DNA of 64,000 nt from Candidatus Pyrohabitans jungbluthii (GTDB taxonomy: Archaea; Hydrothermarchaeota; Hydrothermarchaeia; Hydrothermarchaeales; BMS3B), in assembly GCA_002010065.2 (NCBI GenBank), contig MTMD02000002.1, forward strand, positions 544,001 to 608,000, given 5' to 3'. Of the stretch, positions 55,743 through 64,000 are shown in pieces. A program made the position numbers and the translations under genes. The stretch's first letter is position 1; each line of letters opens with the position of its first letter. The notes under the pieces were generated by a model. It worked only from the letters and a program-made list of their open reading frames with translations. It had not been told where the DNA came from and did not search any database.

Positions 55743-56664
55743 TCCACTCAATTTCCCTCTTCAGCCCCTCTTTTATATCGACGCGTGGATTATAACCAAG
55801 CTCCTTCTTGGCTTTGGAAATATCTGCATAGGTGTCTCTTACGTCGCCTTTTTGTTTTTCAATGTATTTTACTTTCGCTTTCAGTCCAGTAAGCTCTTCC
55901 AGAATCCTTATAACTTCGTTGATTGATATCCTGTTGCCACCACCAATGTTGAATACTTCACCGCTTTTTGCATATTTTACCGCAAGAATGTTTGCTTCGA
56001 CGATGTCCCGAACATATGTGAAGTCCCTCGTTTGCCTTCCATCACCATATACTACAATTTCGTCTTGCGTGAGAATCGCCTTTATGAATCTGTGAAATGC
56101 CATGTCTGGACGCTGTCTCTCACCGTAAACCGTAAAGTAGCGCAGAGATACTGTGGGCACGCCAAAGTTTTTCCAGTAAAGGTAGCAGAGGTGCTCACCT
56201 GCCAGCTTGCTCACGCCATAGGGGGAAACCGGACGTGGATTGTCGGTCTCACGCATGGGCAGAGAATCTACGTCGCCGTAAACTGAAGAGGAAGAGGCAT
56301 ATACGAACTTTTTTATATTAGCATCCTTTACAGCCTCCAGCAGCGCCTGCGTTGCAAGAATGTTGCTGTCAGTGTATATCTTAAAGTTTTCTCCCCAGCT
56401 CGCTCTCACCCCAGCCTGCGCAGCCTGGTGAAAAACGTAATCAGCGCCCTCAACTATCTCCTTAAGATTAAGGTTGTTAATGTCCTCCTCGATGAGCTGA
56501 AATCCCTCTGCTTCCAACAAATTTTCTATGTTCTTCTCCTTTATCTCTTTCGGGTAGTAATCTGAGAAGTTATCTATGCCCACGACCTCATGGCCTTCTT
56601 TTAGAAGCCTCTCAGCAAGGTGCGATCCGATAAAGCCTGCGCAGCCTGTTACTATTGATTTCAT
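55720..56664 (-). CDS. NAD-dependent sugar epimerase (UDP-glucuronate/glucose 4-epimerase-like)
   Basis: TGCAGFIGS, HQAAQAGVR, ASSSSVYG, PYGVSK, RYFTVYG.RQRPDMA. Confidence 0.92.
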   Translation of the reverse strand: MKSIVTGCAGFIGSHLAERLLKEGHEVVGIDNFSDYYPKEIKEKNIENLLEAEGFQLIEEDINNLNLKEIVEGADYVFHQAAQAGVRASWGENFKIYTDSNILATQALLEAVKDANIKKFVYASSSSVYGDVDSLPMRETDNPRPVSPYGVSKLAGEHLCYLYWKNFGVPTVSLRYFTVYGERQRPDMAFHRFIKAILTQDEIVVYGDGRQTRDFTYVRDIVEANILAVKYAKSGEVFNIGGGNRISINEVIRILEELTGLKAKVKYIEKQKGDVRDTYADISKAKKELGYNPRVDIKEGLKREIEWIKSYYNI

Positions 56665-56686
56665 GGTTATACCACAATTTGTCGTG

Positions 56687-56893
56687 CTATAGATACCCCA
56701 AACCTCTCAGCCTCTCTTTGACCTGCTCCTCTTCTTCTTCGCTGTAGACCACCTCTGCCTCTTCTTCCTCATCTTTCAGTATTTCTTCGAGGACAAAATT
56801 CACGTACTCTTCCACAGAGCTGAATTCTTCGCTTTCGTCGACACGCTTCTTTATCTCTTCATATATCTCATCCTTTATCTCGATTTTTGCCAC
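56687..56893 (-). CDS. Small RHH/CopG-like protein with ERLRGLGYL tail
   Basis: KIEIKDEIYE.I....EFSSVEEYV.FVL (RHH pattern), acidic linker, VKERLRGLGYL. Confidence 0.82.
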   Translation of the reverse strand: MAKIEIKDEIYEEIKKRVDESEEFSSVEEYVNFVLEEILKDEEEEAEVVYSEEEEEQVKERLRGLGYL

Positions 56894-56902
56894 GCTACCA
56901 CC

Positions 56903-58504
56903 TCAAATCTTTCTCTTTGCTTTAAGTCTCCTCAACTTACCTCTAATTACCTCTTTCTCATAACTTGAATATCTTATCTCTCTCTTTGCAAATTCACTAT
57001 CAGGCTTAAATATTTCTGTTAGCACGCGCCCATCCATGTATTTTGGTATTGGAAGCCCAAACATGTGGAGAATGGTTGGGGCAAGGTCCATAATACTTGC
57101 TTTCACCTCTCCATGATTTATCCCTTCTCCAGAGCAAATTAGAATGCCATATAAGCTGTGATTACCAGAACGACCTGATTTAACAGTAGAAAAAATCCTT
57201 CCCTGTATATAAGTAGAGGGTGTATAACCATTTTTAAGTAGAAAAACTAAATCTGGAGCATCTGATAGATAAGGTCCTGAATACAGCTCCTCTTTCCTGT
57301 ATACTTTTTCTACTATAGGATTACCGTTTTCTGGATCACGCACTTCTTTTAACTCCTTTTTTATCTGTTCTACAACACTATCATATTCTTCAGGGGTAAC
57401 TATACCATAAGGTTGGCGGCCTTTAAGGTTTATGAATATCCCGCCCCCAAAACCAAAAGAATAAGCTTTTGTTCTTTCCCAGTCACAATTTGAAATTCGA
57501 ATGAATTTACTGGGCAGTCTCCTCTTTACCACATCTTTTAGTTTCTGAGGCAATCTATTTTTTATATTTTCCAGACCAAGGCGAAGCATTAAATCTCTTA
57601 TACCCTCTCTACTAATAATCTTGGTTTTTACCTTTTTTGACTTTTTCAATTTGAGCATACCGATTTTAATTAAAAAATCGTTTACATTAAATGTTTTGTA
57701 ATTGCCTTTCTGGCCATGATCTGACATTATTATAGTTATAGTATCCTCGCCCGCTGTTCTGACTATGTTCCCTATGTATTTGTCCAAAGTTTGATAATAC
57801 TCCTTTATAAAACTGCCATACCTCTCATTTTCTTTGTAAGCAGGGTGATTCCTATCCATATATTTCCAGAAAAAATGTTGGATTCTGTCTGACTCTGTGA
57901 ATACAGTCATAAAAAAGTCCCAGTCGTATTTTTTCATAAGATACTTCGTTGTTCTCCATCGTTTTTCAGTTATTTCCAGTACTTCCTTTATAAACATGTC
58001 TTTGTTCTCTGCATCGTTATAAACCGCATCACTCAAATTTATAGAATAGTTGAAGCGCTTTAACAATTCCTTTTTTAGTTCCTTGGGATATGTAAATTCA
58101 ACATGCTCTCCAGGCGTAAGAAAACCGCTAACAATAAAACCATTTACTCTCTCTACGGGGTATGTTTGTGGAACATTGATTACCCCAACTTTCTTACCAT
58201 GCTCAGATAGTATTCGCCATAACGTTTTCATTTTCCTGTCAGCTGTAGTGACAACTTCTATTCCGTCAACATTTCTGCTGTCCTGTCGGAACCTGTAAAA
58301 GTCGTATATTCCATGTTTTCCGGGATTAACTCCTGTCATAAAGGAACTCCAAGCGGGACCCGAATGAGGTGGAATGGTGGAGTGTAATCTGCCATAGGAG
58401 CCACTGTCCATAAGTTTTTTAATATTTGGAAGATATCCTTCCTTAGCCCATTTGAACACAAAATCTGGTGGTGCTCCATCTATTCCAATTACTAGTATTT
58501 TCAT
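56903..58504 (-). CDS. Alkaline phosphatase superfamily / type I phosphodiesterase (AlkP-like)
   Basis: IGIDGA, STIPPHS.PAW.SFMTG.NPGKHG, DRIQH, SDHG, NLKGR, PDL, DLAPTIL, MDGR. Confidence 0.9.
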   Translation of the reverse strand: MKILVIGIDGAPPDFVFKWAKEGYLPNIKKLMDSGSYGRLHSTIPPHSGPAWSSFMTGVNPGKHGIYDFYRFRQDSRNVDGIEVVTTADRKMKTLWRILSEHGKKVGVINVPQTYPVERVNGFIVSGFLTPGEHVEFTYPKELKKELLKRFNYSINLSDAVYNDAENKDMFIKEVLEITEKRWRTTKYLMKKYDWDFFMTVFTESDRIQHFFWKYMDRNHPAYKENERYGSFIKEYYQTLDKYIGNIVRTAGEDTITIIMSDHGQKGNYKTFNVNDFLIKIGMLKLKKSKKVKTKIISREGIRDLMLRLGLENIKNRLPQKLKDVVKRRLPSKFIRISNCDWERTKAYSFGFGGGIFINLKGRQPYGIVTPEEYDSVVEQIKKELKEVRDPENGNPIVEKVYRKEELYSGPYLSDAPDLVFLLKNGYTPSTYIQGRIFSTVKSGRSGNHSLYGILICSGEGINHGEVKASIMDLAPTILHMFGLPIPKYMDGRVLTEIFKPDSEFAKREIRYSSYEKEVIRGKLRRLKAKRKI

Positions 58505-58561
58505 GGCTATCCCTCTTTTCGAATTACCATTGCATAGCTAATTCTACCTACTTTAAGAAAA

Positions 58562-59275
58562 TTATACCATCTGTGCTTCTACTAAATATCCAAATGCGAA
58601 GCGACGTTTAGATTCTTTACTTTTTAAATTCAATATTAAATCTAAAGTTATACTAATAGTAGCAATTAATAAATTGATTAATCTAAAAAAAATATTATTT
58701 GGAAATATGACATTTATCATCAAAAAAGCAACTGAAAATGGGCCCCAACCTACAGGAATCACTTTAACAACGAATCCTTCCTCTTCAAACATTTTTTTTA
58801 GTGCCATATCAGTAAATCTGTGGAAGTCCTGTGGGTCTGCGTGAAAAGGATACAAAAATGGTACATATGCATAAAATTTGCCATCCTTTTTTAAAACTCT
58901 CTTAACTTCCTTAATGACTTTTTTAGTGTTATATATATGCTCTAAAACTCTAAAAGCAACACATACATCAAATGATTCATTTTTAAAAGGCAGGAAACCT
59001 TCAGCGGTTCCAATAACATTTGGTCTTTTCTTGTTAACAATGTTCAATGATACTATTTCTAAATTAGAAAAATTTTCAAACTTCCTATAATATATATCCC
59101 TGCCGGAGCCAATATCAAGTACTCTTCCTTTAATTCTAAGACGTTTTATGGTAAGGTCTGAAGCTATTCTAGACAAACTCCTATTATTTCTAATTATCTC
59201 TATTAGTATAGAGTCCATGCAATCTTCTCCTAATGTTATCGTATATCTCTCTAATAATTTTTTTGTCATATTCAT
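58562..59275 (-). CDS. Class I SAM-dependent methyltransferase (start uncertain, perhaps 59221)
   Basis: VLDIGSG, LPF..ESFD, VLEH, RVLKKDG, PFLYPFH.DP.DF.RF. Confidence 0.85.
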   Translation of the reverse strand: MNMTKKLLERYTITLGEDCMDSILIEIIRNNRSLSRIASDLTIKRLRIKGRVLDIGSGRDIYYRKFENFSNLEIVSLNIVNKKRPNVIGTAEGFLPFKNESFDVCVAFRVLEHIYNTKKVIKEVKRVLKKDGKFYAYVPFLYPFHADPQDFHRFTDMALKKMFEEEGFVVKVIPVGWGPFSVAFLMINVIFPNNIFFRLINLLIATISITLDLILNLKSKESKRRFAFGYLVEAQMV

Positions 59276-60560
59276 CTATTTTGAAAATCTCTCTCCAAGA
59301 TATACACATATTTGGCTCGAGTCTTATTAGAAACCTATACTGCAAGACTGCAATAAATATAGTGTATAACACCCAACTTAAAGCTGAGCCAATTAAACCA
59401 AATAAATACGTTAGCACTGAGAATACTGCCACATAAAAAGGAAGAGAATAAAACAACACAGAAAATATATATCTCTGACCGCGAAGAGCGTAAAGAGAGG
59501 GGGTTACTACAACAAAAAGAGGTGACAACAAAAGGACCAAAAGAAGTATTCTCACCAAATTAACAGCTTCCATGTATTCTTTGAATGCAAGTTTGAAAAA
59601 TAGTGGCATTAAGATAAATGAAATAAGGGAAATAATAAAAGATAGAATGCCAGTATATTTCATTCCCCTCATAGCAACCATGTGTATTCTACTTCTATCT
59701 CTAGCCGAGACTTCAGAAAGCACAGGAAAGAGCACTTTATTTAGTGGCATCAAAAGCCCTCTTAAAAATGAAATCACTTTCAATGCTACTGAAAAAACTG
59801 CAACCATTTCTACTCCAAGGAAATACTGTATAATCCAAACAGGCATCTCAGCACGTACTTTTTTCAAAGGCACATTCGCTACTACAAACTTACCATGTGC
59901 TTTGTATATCCTCAATATTATCCCTTTCACTTCATGACTTGTAGGCAAAGATTGGATTATATTCAGGAAGTAGGGCGAGAATATCATCACAGCTATAAGC
60001 ATAGAAATAGGATATATTGCAATAGCAATGAGCACACCTCCTCCTAGATATAACACTAAAAAAGCAAGTACGCATTTTGCTACACCATTTAATATCTCCC
60101 TACCTTGATGGAGCTTAAACTTTGTGAAACCATAAAATGTTACTGAGAAGATATTATCTATTGCCTTTATAGCCACCATAAATGAAACAATCCATAGTAA
60201 GTTCGTAACTTCCTTGCTGTAATTGTTTTTAATCAAAAAGCTTATGATAAAGAGCACCAATGATATTGTTACTCCCAATAAAATTTGCAAAATTGCGAAT
60301 TCTCTTATAATAGATTTAGCAATTTCTGGATTTTCCTTCCTGTATCTGGCAATTTCCGATGGAATCAACACAAGACTTCCCAAATCAAGAAAAATTGTCG
60401 AAATAGTAAAGACAGAAAGAGCAAGGGTTAATAATCCATATTCGAACTTCCCAAGTGCCTTTATGAGGAAGAATGCTGTTAGAAAACCTAGAAAATTATT
60501 CAAGAAGTTTCCAATGGTATATACCGCCGTGCCTTCTGCGATTTTTCTTGTTAAGGACAA
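59190..60560 (-). CDS. Oligosaccharide flippase (Wzx/AglR-like MOP exporter)
   Basis: About 12 TM; LG..EYG; DLG; LG...VA.FS.A; VLFP.LS. Confidence 0.87.
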   Translation of the reverse strand: MSLTRKIAEGTAVYTIGNFLNNFLGFLTAFFLIKALGKFEYGLLTLALSVFTISTIFLDLGSLVLIPSEIARYRKENPEIAKSIIREFAILQILLGVTISLVLFIISFLIKNNYSKEVTNLLWIVSFMVAIKAIDNIFSVTFYGFTKFKLHQGREILNGVAKCVLAFLVLYLGGGVLIAIAIYPISMLIAVMIFSPYFLNIIQSLPTSHEVKGIILRIYKAHGKFVVANVPLKKVRAEMPVWIIQYFLGVEMVAVFSVALKVISFLRGLLMPLNKVLFPVLSEVSARDRSRIHMVAMRGMKYTGILSFIISLISFILMPLFFKLAFKEYMEAVNLVRILLLVLLLSPLFVVVTPSLYALRGQRYIFSVLFYSLPFYVAVFSVLTYLFGLIGSALSWVLYTIFIAVLQYRFLIRLEPNMCISWREIFKIDEYDKKIIREIYDNIRRRLHGLYTNRDN

Positions 60561-60588
60561 CTATAACCACCTATATTTCATTTTTAGT

Positions 60589-61275
60589 CTATCTTATTTT
60601 CTTTCCCTTATAATAAAATGTTGAAGCTAAATGCCAGAATCTTTCGTTTTTTATGAAAAAACGATCCAGAGGTTTCATTAAACTAAAAGGTAATGAGACA
60701 ATCAATAAGACGATATTATAGACTATTCGATTAGAGAAAAAAGAAGCAAAAAATCGTGGTATAATCTTTCCTAATGTGACTATGGGCCCAGAAGCCACTC
60801 CGAGTTCTATAGTTTTGAATTTCTCATTGAAAAACTCCGAAACCCCCTGATGAGAGAACCTATATAAATCATATGGATGAGGATGAAATGGTTGTAAGAA
60901 GGGGACTTCACAATATAAAATTCCCCCATTTTTCAAAACTCGATATATTTCCTCAGATGCCTGCCAAGGTTTTCTAATATGTTCAAGCACTGAAGTAAAA
61001 ATAATGAAATCAAAAGTTTCATATTTAAAAGGTAAATAATGAATATCCGCCACAATATCCGGAGATGCCTCAGGCTCTATGTCTACTCTAACAATGTTAT
61101 TTCCATATTTCCTTTTTCCTGCTCCAATATCTAAACCACAGCCTAGGTTAATTAACTCACCAATTTTCTTTTCTCTTACCCAATTAGTAGATGTTTTGAA
61201 AAAAAAGCTATAAAATTTACTCTTAAAAAAACTTTCAGAAATTTTGTATACAATATAGTGTAAAAACTTCTTCAT
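60589..61275 (-). CDS. Class I SAM-dependent methyltransferase
   Basis: LDIGAG, VDI, D...LPF, VLEH, RVLK.GG, PFLQPFH..P.DLYRF. Confidence 0.88.
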   Translation of the reverse strand: MKKFLHYIVYKISESFFKSKFYSFFFKTSTNWVREKKIGELINLGCGLDIGAGKRKYGNNIVRVDIEPEASPDIVADIHYLPFKYETFDFIIFTSVLEHIRKPWQASEEIYRVLKNGGILYCEVPFLQPFHPHPYDLYRFSHQGVSEFFNEKFKTIELGVASGPIVTLGKIIPRFFASFFSNRIVYNIVLLIVSLPFSLMKPLDRFFIKNERFWHLASTFYYKGKKIR

Positions 61276-61310
61276 TTTATCACCTTTAACTTAAAGATCA
61301 TATTCATCGG

Positions 61311-62230
61311 TTAGTCTATATATCCAAGAGCTTTAAGCCTTTCTATTATTTTTTCCTTTTCCTCTTCAGATAGCTCTTCTTCTTTCTCTATTACGCTCTC
61401 TTCTTCTTTTTTCCCTATCCATGCCAGTATTAAATCATGGAAGTCAGTTATATGTGGCATGCCAATATTCAATTTCTTATTAAGCGAGTAAAAGGCATTC
61501 TCATTATGCTTATATATGCTATTTTTATCTGGAACTCCATGGTCAGACATGAAGAGTATTATATCGAATTTTTCTCTAGCCTTTATTTTAATTTTTCTTG
61601 CAAGTTCATCCATTTCTTCATACAATTCCCTTATCTTTTTTTCATTATACTCTCCAGATCTAGCTTCAGTACCAAAAAGGTGCTGATACACATCTGGCTT
61701 CTGAAAATGGGCCATCAACAAATCATATCCTTTATCAATTTCAGTCCATAACTCACTTTTTACCCAAACAAATTCCATCTCTGTTAATTTGATTACGTCA
61801 GATATAGATCCATAGAGTTGCAGAGGTTTGAAGTATTCGCCAAACAAAGGACTCGTAGTATAAGACGGAACATTTATGGCCTTAGAATTTCTTATCTTAT
61901 CAAATAAAGTTTGCATAGTGACTTTCTGTGGTATTCTTTCAATGCCCAGAAATCTGTATATACCCCACCTCAGTCTCTTAAACCGATTCAAAGGACCAAG
62001 TTTTTCAATGAGACTCTCTAACCTTTCAATGTACCTATTATTCCATACTTTCATTTTTTGAAGACCATGAGTATCTGAAGTTTCTCCGGTTAAGAAAGAA
62101 GCAAATAACTCTGGGGTTATAATATTTTTAATGTTAGTATGGTTATCTATCCTGCCGAATTCTTTTTGCATTATATTTTTGCAATTATACTCCTTAATGA
62201 GTTCATAATCTAGTCCATCAAAGCTAATTA

Positions 62231-62246
<16 letters not shown>
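61311..62246 (-). CDS. Short alkaline phosphatase superfamily protein with ERLKALGYI tail
   Basis: ISFDGLD, T..LFASFLTG, NVPSY, D..QH, MSDHG; C-terminal EEEKEKIIERLKALGYID. Confidence 0.82.

Positions 62247-64000
<1,754 letters not shown>

Overview
Archaeal chromosomal window. Evidence for that: an HMf-type histone, aIF1, Nob1, AglB, RaSEA, GfcR, archaemetzincin, CGP-CTERM surface proteins and intron-less tRNA-Gly(CCC) and tRNA-Cys(GCA). The gene content suggests an anaerobic, probably thermophilic euryarchaeote-like lineage such as Hydrothermarchaeota (inference only). Five blocks are visible. (1) 1-10.5 kb: a multiheme cytochrome c cluster with a giant repeat-built cytochrome (at least 22 heme motifs, 5'-truncated), two tetraheme and one 9-heme nanowire-like (ECN-like) paralogs, an embedded signal peptidase and accessory membrane/surface proteins. 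(2) 10.5-19.7 kb: a 454-bp internally deleted IS with terminal inverted repeats and a target-site duplication, two large beta-helix/Ig CGP-CTERM surface proteins, and archaemetzincin. (3) 19.8-29.3 kb, the most striking block: two very different tubulin-superfamily genes (one CetZ-like, one with eukaryote-tubulin-like GAGNNW and IHF motifs and a helical C-terminal extension) flank a membrane-anchored coiled-coil gene. They sit back-to-back with two paralogous single-pass surface proteins that share a W-x-R-D-x6-G-[ND]-x-L-[VL]-G-A cytoplasmic tail, followed by a convergent beta-propeller transmembrane protein. This is a candidate undescribed surface-to-cytoskeleton system. (4) 29.3-51.2 kb: housekeeping genes, two HdrBC-like pairs, a split ferritin-like pair and the tRNAs. 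(5) 51.2-64 kb: an N-glycosylation locus (aglB, nucleotide-sugar enzymes, flippase) containing an AT-rich glycan-modification island. All calls come from motif recognition by eye; no database searches were run.
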